This document shows, piece by piece, positions 25,090-37,300 of a stretch of 64,000 nt of DNA. The stretch is from Camelus ferus (taxonomy: Eukaryota): NCBI RefSeq assembly GCF_009834535.1, contig NC_045698.1, positions 10,542,001-10,606,000 of the forward strand. The letters are read 5' to 3'. The stretch's first letter is position 1, and each line of letters opens with the position of its first letter. Under the pieces are notes generated by a model that was not told where the DNA came from, did not search any database, and was given only the letters and a program-made list of their open reading frames with translations. Position numbers and translations under genes: made by a program.

Positions 25090-28000
25090 ACGAAACCCTG
25101 TTTTAAAAGGAATGCTTCTAAAACATGGGCAGTGACCGCCTGTCTTGACCTGAGCTGATCAGATTCCATCTTGAGGGCTGAGGATGTGCCTGTACCCTCA
25201 GTACAGATGGAGTGTGTGCAAGATGATTTGTCTCACTTTGGGAACAGTTGAAGGAGCTGGGGTATTTGCCTAGAATAAAAAAGACGTGTAGATGATACTG
25301 GCTGGCAGCTAAGCTGGTTAGAGGTCTGTTAGTAGGTACACAGGGGTTCACACGCCCTCAAAGGGCAAAACCAGGACCAGTGGGTAGAGGATACTGCCTC
25401 TCTGTCAGGTGATTGTCTATTTTATAAACTGGTATAAGATCAGCACACTTGTGTGTTAAACTGTCTAGGTGGTGTCCGTGGAAGATGCTTTCTTCTAACC
25501 AAAGATACATGTCATCTTAAGCAGATTTCTCTGTTGTAGCTAATTTTTTTTATCAGAGGCAAAAGAAATGGATACATTAGGCTATTTTTAGCTTTGCAAA
25601 TCATAATACATATTAGTACTGAAATATTTCAGAATTGTTGGTCAATCAGAAGCATTCCTGTGACTATAAGACACTGGTAGGGAAGCAAACATGGGTGATT
25701 TCGCCGTTTTGCTTTAACTTCTGTTTGAAAACCATAGCTTAATTTATAGATTGTGACATAAAATCCTCTCAGTTAGGCTGAATTTTCCTTTGAGCCTTTT
25801 ACTTTCAGGGGCTATTTAGATTTATGGACTTAATTGACATAATGAATTTGAATTTTTTTATGCTTTCTGAGAAACTCTGGTGCAAATAGCATTCTACATA
25901 ATTAAACATGTAAGATATGCCCCATGAAATAAAGCACAGTGTTCCTTTTACTTTGCTAACAGGATACGTTTGGGTAGGACCATCTGCCATGTTACAAGTG
26001 GTCGGCAGAGTGTGCTTGGTTTCTGATCAGCATTAGAATCTGTCGTGTGGATGAGCGGTGGGGCTTCGAGGTGGCTTTCCTGACTAATCTGAGTCATATG
26101 GAAATTCTCAAGTGCTCTTTCTGATTTCTTCCCTTTTCTGTATATATCAGCCAACAAATGGTTTTCTCTTGGGAGCATAATCTAACTGGTTGGTCACAGT
26201 GGTATTACTTTGTCATCTAACCTTTGTTCAATGCCAAGAGGCCTGTGTCGGAGAGAAAAAGCACGTCATACTTGCCTGTGAGTTCAGTATGAAAGTTTAT
26301 TGAACTTCTCCTGCTCTCACTCAACCAGAGGACTTGTCCACGTGTTGACTTTGCAGCCGCCAGCCACTTTTCCATTGATTGGAGCACTTTCTTGACAGGG
26401 TCTGTTTTGTTGTTTGTCTTGAGCAGGTGACTGGTGCACCACATGTTTCTTGTTCGAGGTGCCAGTGCAGGAAGGTGCCCACGCTTGGTTGTTGCCCTTG
26501 ATCTGTCTATGTTTTAACCACCAGTTGTCCCATGCACCTGCCTATAGATGCTGTTCCATCCCTGTTCTCATTCTGGGCCTTCCACCCAGTCTTTCTTCAG
26601 AAAGGCTTCACTGACATTGGTCTTGTTGAGTGAGCGAGTGGGTGGTGCCGGCACGACCTAAAGAAGTCGGGGTGGAACCAAGTGCGAGTATATAGAGGGT
26701 GGTGAGGCCTACAGGGGCTGGCAGTGCACCCGATGGTGGTGGGGTACCCCGACTACCTCCCCCAGAAGCAGGGGTTTCTCCATCAGCAGATACTGCTGGT
26801 GGTGTGACTGTAATAAGTAAATGTCTTAATATCCATTAGCACACGTGCTTAAGACAAGCAGATCCAGTGATACTTAACTGTATTTTTACAAAACAAGAGA
26901 ATCTTACAGGAGTTTTTGTATGAAAATCTCTGCCCATTTCCTACCTGTCTTCCTGCTACATCAGAATAACTTGTATCCTGTCATTTTAATTAAACCATGT
27001 TTGCTGTTAGAACTTGCTATAAATTGTTTGGGTTTAAATTGGGGTAGCCTTGCTATTATAAACACAATAACCATCTGACGATGAACCTGTCTCAGTTTAC
27101 CTTGATCCTTGGTCTTTCTGAAATGCCGAGGGTCTCTTCTGACTGCTAACTTGTGTCCAGTGACAGTCATATTTCCTCGTGTCCGTGGGAACACAGAGAG
27201 GGTATTCACAGCAGGTAGGCTGGAGGGAATCTAGGTTTAGCATTATTAAGGTCTCCTGAGCTACCCAGGCTCTGTAATAACCCACTTCTTCAACTTTGGG
27301 AATCGGACAGGTCCTGGGACACCTAAGTTTGTATGTGAATCTGTAGACCCAGAACCAGCCTTGGCACACAGCCTGCAGGCCGCATGCTGTACTAAACATC
27401 TCTTGACCTCAGCGTGCATCTCATCCAGAGTTCTGTGAGCCCAGAGAAGCCACATGCCCGGGAGCTGGCTGCATCTGCTTCCATTTACGTTTGGAGAGAG
27501 GTTCTGTGTAGCATTTTGCCATTGACTGTCTCTCTCTCTGTCTCCCCTAGAGCACACTTGGTTTCAGGACATTAAAGGTAAACAGAAGCACTAGACCGAG
27601 ACCCTCCCCTTAGGCTAAGTTCAGTGGAGGAGAGCCCAGACCATGCTTTCTGCTTCTGCTCGGCCCCTCTGGCCTTGCTCTGCCCACTGCCCTTCTGACA
27701 GTTGGGCCACCCCTCCCCTCCTGAGGTTGTGCTCGGATCCTTGTGTGTTGTTCATGCTTCTGTCCAGATCCCAGTCTTGGTGTTTGACTGTAGTCTGATC
27801 ATCTGACCCTGACCCTGGTCTCAGATGGGGCTTGGTAGTGTCCTTTGGGGCAGGGGTCCTTTGGTTCCAAGTTTGCTAAATTTTAGAGTGTCTCTGATGG
27901 CTGGGACTTGTGACAGTGTTTGCCTGGAGTAGGATGGACTGTATGTTAAAACTCCTTTTATGAGGTAGTTTGGGGATGATTCATTTTTGTTATTTGCTAT

Positions 28001-29989
28001 CCCTTTAATCATGGTGTTGATTTCAACAATTGTGGACACTTGCTATAGAAAATTTCAGGCTGTTTTTATAGTTAAGTCACAAGTGAAATTATGCCTAAGC
28101 TAATTACCTACTTTATTAAATATTTCCATCACTGTTTCCCGTTTAAACCTTGTTTTTTTCCTCACGTCTCTCTTAATGTAACAGCCGTCCCACCTTTGTG
28201 CATAGTGTAAAGGATGGGAATGTGTGTGTGTTATATGTGCTATGACCCCCTGAAAGCACTGAAAGTTATATTCACTGTTTTCATCTGAGCAAAGAATTTC
28301 AACTCCATTCTTTCCTCATAGTTTCTTTTTCACACCTCAGTTTTTGGGCTTTCTCCAGGATCTCCACATCTCTCAGAAGTATACAACCCTGCATAATTGC
28401 TTTAGCAACAGTTTGGCCCAGGCATGGAAGGACTGAGGAGACAGACTTTTATTTGGGCTTCTCTCTGTGCGTTAGGTCTTTGGGGGTCTCCTGAGTAATT
28501 CAGTTGAGTACTGTGCCTGCTTTTTGGGTACCTGCACAGTGTCACGTGATGCTCACGTGGTCTCCTGGGCTTCCCTCCACCCCGTTTCCCCGCTCAAATC
28601 CATGTAGCCAGTATTTTCTGCTCATTGCACTTCTTTGTGCCCAATTGTGATTTCAGCTTGTTGCCACTTGAGGGCATTTTAGGTTCTGGTGATAAACCTG
28701 AGAACCTAATTGAAGGTTTACAGCAAAACTGCGCACATATTGCTGAGATGCAGGACAGTGTGGGCACAGAACTGGGTGGCATTTGGGTGGGTGGTCATCT
28801 GCCATCATAGTAAGATGAGAACACAGCCCCCTCCCCCTACTAATGAGTCAGTGTAGTTCGCCATCACTGTGGTAACTACCTAAAGCGGAATTTACATTCC
28901 TTTTGTGGTTTTGGGTTCTTGTAGAGATGAAACCACCTTAGTTTCACATGATTGCTGTAGATTGAGAAGGTGAAAACTTGAGTTACCGTTCATGAAAGGG
29001 TCTTCAGAGTCTTAGATTCCAGGAGAGTGGAGCATATGGCCTCATTTAAAACTGTATAACTGTTAAGCAAGCTCAGGTTCCAGGTAGGAATTAATTATTT
29101 TCTAATGGTCTTTTGACTGGGAGGTGAACTTTTGCTTCCTTTCTGCACTTTGTAGCACTGAAGTGACATGCCTGTGCCCAGCCTAGTGACATGGATTTTC
29201 TGACACAGCCAGGACGTGGGGAGAGGCTGAACTCCTCTGCTGTCATCAATCGAGTCATGTCCCAGCTTGCCTTTCAGACTTCATAATCTATTGATGATCA
29301 GGGGAAAAAATAACAAACGCTCCAGGAAAAAAAGGAAATGGGCAAAGTGACAGTTCAGCTGTTAGTTCTTTAGTGAGCTGGGCTGTTGCAGCTCCCTTCA
29401 CCCTGGCTTCTTTCTCTTGGTTGTATTTTTCACTTTACTACATGTATTAGGCAGTTAAACTAGGTACCATGTTGCTTCTTTCAAAACTTTGAGGATATAT
29501 GTAAATATCAGAAGTTAAGTTTTATTTTCCTAATCAGTAATGAAGCAGGTTTTTACTGTGTCTTGGACCATCTCACATGCTCAAAGCACCTTCCTGAGTC
29601 AGACATTAGGGCGGTAGGGAGGCCGCCAGTGAGCCCAGCAGCTGCCTGGGCGCTTTACGTGAAGAGCTGGTGCGGACGCTGCCGCAGCATACCCCTGCCA
29701 AGTGCTGGGGAGCGTTCCTGGTCAGGGCTGGAGCCCAGCGAGGCGGACTGAGCCTTTGTGTCCCAACCGAAACCACCCCTTTGCTCCAGCAGCCCTCCTC
29801 AGGGTGGGGCTTTCCGAGTTCCTGACTTCCACATTTAAGTCCTCCACAACCTAAACACAGGCAGATGTGCAGGAATTAATTCTGGAAACGAATGTAGGTT
29901 TTATAGGCTTTGTGGTTTCTTACAGCTTGGATCGTGTGATGGATGTTTTGGAATGTTAACATTTTTCTCTCTGTTTCTTGATACTCTAG

Positions 29990-30115
29990 TTACCAGAAAA
30001 ACTCATAAGCAAATACAGCTGGATCAAGCAGTGGAAACTTGGACTGAAACTTGAGGGGAAGAGCGAGAACCTGGTTGATAAAATTAAGGAGTCCCTCACA
30101 TTACTAAGGAAGAAG
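29990..30115 (+). CDS. OTULIN: OTULIN exon 5 (126 nt)
   Basis: ctctag|[42 protein letters not shown]|gtttgg. Confidence 0.96.
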
Positions 30116-30419
30116 GTTTGGAACATGTAGTTTCCTTTCTCTGATAAGTGTGAGGCTCTCACTCCTGACTGCCCCAGCAGACCGCTTCTCAGTCCTCACC
30201 TCATGGGTTACCAAATGCTCTTGGCTGGTTGTTAGGCAAAATAATTCTAAATGAACACAAACTCTTCCTGTGAAGTCTTTGGTAAAATGAAGAAAAATCA
30301 ACATCGTATACTCTTGGAGGAGATGATATGTTTAGTGAAATGTTTAACTTTGTTTTAAAGGAAATCTTACAAATGTAGTCTTTGTTCTAAGTCATATTGA
30401 CAAGTTTCAGGGATATCAT

Positions 30420-30620
30420 TTAGTCCATTACTGACACTTCGTTTGTGCCAGGCTGTCCCCTAAAAGTTTCATGTGTTAATTTAGTTCTCCCAACTACCAA
30501 GCTGTTTCTGCTGTGGTTGTCCTCATTTTACAGCTGGGGAGATTAAGCCCCTGTAGAAGCCACCAGCTGCTCACTGGTGAGACCTTTGTTCCATCCTGAC
30601 CCTCTGACTCTGGAGCCATC
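30420..30620. mobile_element. MIR SINE fragment
   Basis: 'tgtgccaggctgtcccctaaaag', 'gtcctcattttacagctggggagattaagccc', 'ctctgactctggagcc'. Confidence 0.6.
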
Positions 30621-31478
30621 TCTTGCTGCCAACGTGGTCTACTTGTGGAAAATACGAGCTCTTCTAGCTTCCCAACCAAATATTGCAGAGTCCTGTGGCA
30701 CGTTCATGACCATTAAAATTTACTTTTGAATTTAAAATGTTAATAGTTTTTGGGAGAAGCAGGAGTTAGTGGCTATTCGTAAGGGTTAGTTTCATATTGG
30801 CATCTCTTACTCTCATTCACTTTAACTTAAAAGCACATGTATTTGTAGGGTTTTCTTCCTCACCTGAAGAGTTTGCCCATCTTAGCTGTATACTTGACAC
30901 TCTGCTTTATTCTTCATCAGGAGTCAATAAGAATTTGCTGAGTGGATTTATTCTTTTGAAACTCACATGTATTTTTAAGAGGGTAGGAGGGTAAGTTTAG
31001 TAAACAAATATTCAGGAGAGCCCATAATCTTCCTTGCCTATCTTCACAATCTTCACGTTTGAAGGTTGGCTTGGTGTTTCTGGGTGGTAACAGCTGCTGT
31101 AAGCCCGCTAAGGGGAGGAGTGAGTTTAGCTGCCCCTCACAGCCCCACGCATGCACGTTAGCTCTTCTGTGAGTACTTCTGATCGACTGGTCCTATCTCT
31201 TTGCCTGGGAGGATAGGGGAGTTGAAATTTCCGTTCCATGGCCCCAGAGCTCCTCCTTAGTGCGTTATACTTTTGTTTCTGGTTAGTGGGGGAGAGCTGG
31301 TAAGGAATTTGGGCGGTCTAAAGAGCGCCATCGTTTGAGCTGGAAGCTCGAATGTTGAGCATTGGCACGTGACCCCTGGTCATCTACTTTTGAAAATAAA
31401 CTTGTGCTTGTAGTATGGACTTTTACCAGGGACTTACAGGACGAAAGTGTAGTTAATTATGCAACTTTCTTATTATAG

Positions 31479-31748
31479 TGGGCAGGCTTGGCTGAGCTGA
31501 GAACTGCTGAAGCAAGACAGATAGCTTGCGATGAACTGTTCACGAATGAAGACGACGAGTATTGCCTCTATGAAGCTGTCAAATTTCTAATGCTAAACAG
31601 AGCCATTGAACTGTACGATGACAAAGAGAAGGGAAAGGAAGTTCCATTTTTCTCGGTGCTTCTCTTTGCTCGGGATACATCCAGTGACCCTGGACAGCTG
31701 CTGAGGAACCATCTAAACCAGGTGGGACACACTGGTGGCCTTGAACAG
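31479..31748 (+). CDS. OTULIN: OTULIN exon 6 (270 nt)
   Basis: ttatag|[21 protein letters not shown]...[30 protein letters not shown]|gtgagt. Confidence 0.97.
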
Positions 31749-31759
31749 GTGAGTTGTAC

Positions 31760-32269
31760 CTTTGGGAGTATATTAGCCCAGAACAGCAGCTTCAACCATC
31801 AAACGTTATCTCAGGTTTTGTGGGTCAGAAGTTCAGGAGCAGCATAGTTTGCTCCTAGGTGGCTCTGACTCAGGGTCTCAGAAGGTTGCAGTTGAATGTT
31901 GTTCAGGGCTGCAGTCATCTGGGGGCTTGACTGGGGCTGGAGGAGCCACTTCCAACATGGCGCACTCACCTGGCTGTTGGTAGGAGGCCTTGGTTCCTCA
32001 CTGACGGTTAGTGGGAGGGTTCAGTTCCTTGCCATGTGGGGCTTTCCATAGGGCTGCTTGAGAGTCCTCAGAACATGATGGTTGGCTTCTCTCAGAAAGT
32101 GATCCAAGAAGAGAACAAGGAGGAAGCCACAGTGCCTCCCACGATGTAATCTTGGAAGTCACACACCGTCACTTACACCATATTCTGTTTGTTAGAAGCA
32201 AGTCACTTAATCTTTCCAACACTCAAGTGAGGAGTGCCAAAAAATTGTGAACCTGTTTTACAACTAGCA
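31760..32269. mobile_element. MaLR (older MLT1F/G/H-like) LTR directly downstream of OTULIN exon 6
   Basis: 'gggtcagaagttcaggagcagc...gggctgcagtcatctgggggcttgactggggctggagga...cttccaacatggcgcactcac' is a typical old MLT1 body. Confidence 0.75.
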
Positions 32270-32914
32270 TGGTTCTCTCAGCCTAGGCCTTCTTCTGCAA
32301 TGTGGTGGATGGAGTCAGTACCCTTGGCTCCGTTAAGCTACAAATAAGCCAAGTACTTGGAAGAGTCGTCTGAAGGGACTTGTTTAATTGTGGCAGCTGT
32401 AGCTGTGTAGGTAGCATTCTCTAAAAATAGAAATGGAGTCACTTTAGTCAGTAGGGCCCAGCCTGATCTTGGATCTTTTACAGATATGCCAAGTTGGAGT
32501 TTTACGGAGACCCAATGGAGTACTGTCCTGTGGGCCAGCAGCTGACTCACCACACTTGCACTGTCTGTCTTTGGTGTGTTCATTAAGTTGCCCTGAAAAG
32601 CATAAGCGAGATAGCCAACCACAGAGCGGCAGTAAGGCTCTCCTTCCAGGGGGCTGCCTTCCTGCTTGCCCGACTATCCGTGGTGCTTGCCTTTCCCTGG
32701 TACATGGGAAAGAGCACAGATAGACAATGGTCAGTGCTGGGTCAGACAGGATTGAAGATAACTATTTTAAAAAATTATCTATATTCATAATACAGGTTAC
32801 TTAGGTCTCCTGAACCATAGCAAATACTTTGCAGGAACAAGCCTGGTAGAGCGTGATTTGCATCTTAGACTGAACTTAGTCCTTTCTGAGTCCCCACAAA
32901 GTCTGCTGTAACAT

Positions 32915-33945
32915 TTTTTTAAATAACAGCTTTATTGAAATTAGTATGTTTCATGAAGTGTGTAACCCAGGTTTTTAGTATGTTTACAGAGTTTTGCAGC
33001 CATCACAAGTCTAATTTTAGACCACTTTGTCTAAAGGAAACCCCATACCCGTTAGAACTCATTCCTCCTTCTCCAGCTTTCTGTTGTTAAAGATTTGCCT
33101 ATTCTGGGTGTTTCACATAAATGGAACCTAATTAAGTGGTCTTTCACGACTGGCGTCTCTTACTTGGCCTAAAGTCTTCAAGATTCACCCATGTTACAGT
33201 GTGCATCAGTGCTTCATTCCTTTTTTTTGACAAATAACATTCCATTGTATGGATATGTCACACTTTATTCAGCCATTTGGGTTGCTGCCACTTTTAGCGA
33301 TTCTGAATAATCCTGCTGTGAAATCATGTGCAGGATTTTTGTGTGGACATGTGTTTTCGCTTCTTTTGGGTATAGACCTAGGAGTGGAATTGCTGGGCCA
33401 TATGGTAATTCTTTGTTTAAAATTTTGAGGAACTACCAAACTTTTTTAAAGCAACTGCACTGTTTTACATCCCTACCAGCAAGGTTTCAGAGTCCCATTT
33501 CTTCATATCCTTACCACACTTTTTAAAAAAGAATTGAGATGAAGTTTATGTAACACAAAATTAACCATTTTAAAGTGTACAGCTCAGTGGCTTTCCGTAC
33601 ATGTACAGTGTTGTGTGACCATCACCTGTGTCAAGTTCCAAAACAGTTTCATTGCCCTGAGAGAAAACCTTGTACCTGTGAAGCCGTCACTCCCCGTGAT
33701 TATCTGTTTGTGGTTATAGCCATTCTGGTGGGTGGGAAGGGGCGTCTCACTGTGGGTTTGATTTGCATTTCCCTGATAACTTTTCATGTACTTCTTGGCA
33801 TTTGCATATCCATTTTGGAGAAGTATCTATTCTGTACATGTTCTTTGCCCAATTTTTAAACTGGTTATTTGCTTTTTTGTTGTTGATTTGTAAGAGTTCT
33901 TTATGTATGCCGGATGCAGGTCCCTTATCCGACATATGATCCCTT
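32915..33945 (-). mobile_element. L1MB-type 3' fragment, with a second L1 3'-end piece nested at ~33520-33695
   Basis: 'aacagctttattgaa', 'atagacctaggagtggaattgctgggccatatggtaattc', 'ttgatttgcatttccctgat', 'gttgatttgtaagagttctttat'. The 3'-end motif 'ttaaccattttaaagtgtacagctcagtgg' reappears internally. Confidence 0.85.
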
Positions 33946-34128
33946 CCTGATGGTGTGTTTGTTACCTAACAACCCATGTACAGAGGAGTGGGGCTGGGCC
34001 CACGGGGCGGAAAAAAGGCTGTGGCTTTGCCAGGCTCTGTGCTGCCTGGGATGTCAGGGAGGGAGCGGGTGGTGAGCTGCATCCTTCAGTGGGGCATCCC
34101 TCCACACACTTGTTTGCTCCTCCTGCAG

Positions 34129-34323
34129 GTTGAAATGTTCCTTCTTGCCTACGCGGTGTGCCACACCATCCAGGTGTACCGGCTCTCCAAGTACGGCACT
34201 GAGGAGTTCCTCACCATCTACCCCACCGACCCACCCAGGGACTGGCCAGTGGTGACCCTGATCGCCGAGGATGATCGGCACTACAACATCCCTGTCCGAG
34301 TGTGTGAGGAGACGAGTCTGTGA
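34129..34323 (+). CDS. OTULIN: OTULIN exon 7 coding part (195 nt incl. TGA; His339, Asn341, C-terminal PDZ-binding ETSL)
   Basis: ctgcag|[22 protein letters not shown]...[20 protein letters not shown]. The seven exons sum to 1059 nt, i.e. 352 aa plus stop. Confidence 0.97.
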   Translation, partial: VEMFLLAYAVCHTIQVYRLSKYGTEEFLTIYPTDPPRDWPVVTLIAEDDRHYNIPVRVCEETSL

Positions 34324-37300
34324 GACACACTCAGACGGCCCGGCAATGCGGCCAAGGTGCGCGGGCAGCTCCTCGGCTTGGGCCTCGGGCCTGCGGGTCC
34401 CTGAGAATGACCTCACAGGACACTTGGGCCCTGAGAGCCAAGCTGGACTGGGATTTCTGAAGAGTAGCTTTTAATAATAAGAATTAACTAAGTTTTCCCC
34501 CTCATCTGTGATGCAGTATGTTTCAGTGGAGAACTTCAGAGCACACCTGTTGAAAGGTGCAGACTGCATCTCCGTAAAACAAACACTTTTGTATCAGAGG
34601 AGACTCATTTTGGAGAGGAATTTGTTCTTTATATCTCAAATCAAAAGCCTCTCTAATAGTAAGCTGGCTTTCAAATTTTTTTTTTTAAAGATAGTAGTTG
34701 TTTGTTGTTTTGGTGGTAACGGGTCTGTGCCGTGCCCTTCTTCCTGTGCAGGCTCCTCACGTGGTAGAATTCTGGGCCAGTCATAACATCCTCCGATAGT
34801 CTCACTGAAAGCGGTTTGGATTTACATATTGAAGCTATTCTAAGTGGATTATCTAATAGAAGATTAAGAATTGGGTCCAAAAGTGAGTTATTTCAAGGCT
34901 GGAGAAGTTGCTGCTGGAGGAGGCAGTGGCACCAGGAAATCCTTGCTCTGCAGGAACATGACAGGCGCCTGAGGTGGCGGACACACCGGGTCTGGTGGCT
35001 GGTGAGGCGGTGCGTGGTTGGTGGGCCGGTGCTGCTTGTGGTTGGTTGATCTCTAGAGTCGGGGGCTGTTCGTTATTCTCCAGTTCCACAGGGTCACCAC
35101 TTTATAGTCAGAACAGGGCTCAGATCCACCTGCTTTTCTAGAGGAAGCCAAGGCCAGATGACTCAGGCACTCACCTGCGTTCAGAGATGGCGGTGAGCTG
35201 GATCCAGGTCTTTCTGTGCCCTGTTTTTTTGAGCGTGCTTTTGTTGCCAAATTCATGTAACTCATCTGCCGGCAGGGGATGAGTAACAGCAGAGTGCCTA
35301 AGGTTTTTCATGAGTAAGTTTAAACAGAAGCATGTCCTCAAACCAAGTGCAAAAGCATGGCTGAGCTGTGTCTGCCCTATTTGGTTTGGGAGGCCTGGGG
35401 GAGGCAGCGTTCCCAGGCGAGAGTGACTGCCTGCATGGTCATGAGCTAGGGTGGTGCCGGGGAGTGGGGCAGGGCAGCTGAGCTGAGCATGCTCTGCACT
35501 GGGGCCTGAATCGTCCAGTGGGGCATGGACTGCAGACACTGTTCCCAGGAACCAGACAGGTCACTCTTCAGGACTGTATCAGCAGCACCTGAACTGGCTC
35601 AGTATTTGTGGAGGTGATGTTACCCTGAAAGTACCGAGTTTTATCTTATAATAATTAAAATCTTCATTTGGTCCAATTTAATATAGTTTATAAGCTATCT
35701 GATCTGTTTTTTGCCCCCAGAGGGGCAAACCTTTTGTGCAAATGTAAGTTTTGCTTTCACTTAAAAATTAAAACTCTTGGTTGAGAAAACTCAGAGGACA
35801 CATAAAACTATGCAGGCTGTTACGCTAGTATTTTTCCCGTTACCTCATCAATAATAGTCACCACATCTTGGTAGGTACTTACTCATTAGAGTGTTTGGAT
35901 CAAATTTTGCTCTAAATGTGTGTGAATGTGTTAGAGAGGCTTTGTTTTTTTTACTGTGAAATGCAGTGGTGCCTGAAATAAAGAGGCACCCAGAAGCCAA
36001 ATGAAAGTAATAATAATGACTTCTTGTTGACTTTGATGCTTCACTTTATGTAACTTCATTTTTATGTAACTTACAACAGGAAATGCCTTCCATTCATTCT
36101 TGAACTTTTTAAAAGCATAGCTTCAAATTTTTAGGTTGTATAAGGCAGTAGGGGTCTGTGTCCATCCAGCCGTTGGTTCATAACCACTGTTGAATTTAAT
36201 AATACCAATGATCATCTGTCTTTGCATTTTGAGAAGGTTCCTTTCTATCCCAGAGTTTATTACAAGTGTTCAGCAGTTTGGACCCTTTGGTCTTGGCAGA
36301 AAGGTAATGTCTGCCTTACGCAGGCTTGATTTAGACCTTTGAGTTCATTTAAGGTACATTAAGCCTAAAAGAATTTCCCTGCAACAAGTTCCATGGAATT
36401 AACACCACTTCTTCAGAACTTTTTCTGGTTTCCCTCCTCACCTGCTGAGCTACTTCTGTGTTTACAGCATCCACTGATCTCACTCACACCCGGAACAGCG
36501 ACAGTGGCGGCTGAGCACAAGAGGCCCGCGCGTGGTCTGTCACTCATGATCTAGGCTCGGTGGCATTGGATCTGAAATGTCGGTTCCTCTTGCTTGGAAG
36601 GCAGCACATCTGAAAATGGTTTAAATGCACAGACCAGGATCCAGCCTGCTCTCTTCGTATGGCCGCTGATACTTTGTGCTGTTGTGTGTGCAGTTAGTGA
36701 TGGGTGAAAGTTTCCTTTGATTGTGGAAAACAGACCACTGCCTTTGTAGCCTTCTATTATTCTTTTTTCCTCCAATTCTGGAGCTTATCAGGTAAAAGCT
36801 CAGGCCACGTGAATCTAACACCTCTGTCAGAAAACACATTTGTGGGTTTCTGCGTGCTTGTTTTGGTGATTGTTTGTCTGTTTTCCGAGGCTGTGTTATT
36901 CCTCTTGCGCTCTTCACTCCAAGGTGCTGTTTTACCCAAGAGTCCATGGTCTGCTTTTTGAAGAGCTTCCAGATAATGACGGTCGGGTGCTGTCTTGCCT
37001 TTGGTGACCTGGCACTCCTACCATCGCACCTGGAGACAGGACTCAGACCGACTTTCTGGCTTTGTCTTCTTTTTGGTGTTAAAATAAAGTTTGATTGCTT
37101 TCTCTTTCTTAAGCAAGGCTTTGCAGAGACACTCCCCCTTTGAAAGCGAGAAAGTATTTTCCTAAGTATAAACCTCCAGGGAATCTTACTTGTAGGCATA
37201 CATAAAAATACATAAATGCCTTTTTAAAAAGTTCTGTGACTACTTAAAAACAATAAAAAGGAAGCCCTCAATGTGTGTGAGGTGCTGAGTCTGACATGTA

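Noticed and set aside
36044..36072. Short tandem duplications (tttatgtaactt x2 here; atgtccttggt x2 at ~12210-12235) and homopolymer runs (T at ~9175, G at ~52098, A at ~59390)
   Set aside because: These are ordinary slippage products with no evidence of function.
36621..37199. 192-aa basic ORF on the - strand, and the 196-aa ORF at 13621-14211
   Set aside because: Neither has a recognisable homologue or domain, nor any supporting exon structure. They are consistent with chance ORFs in UTR or intron.
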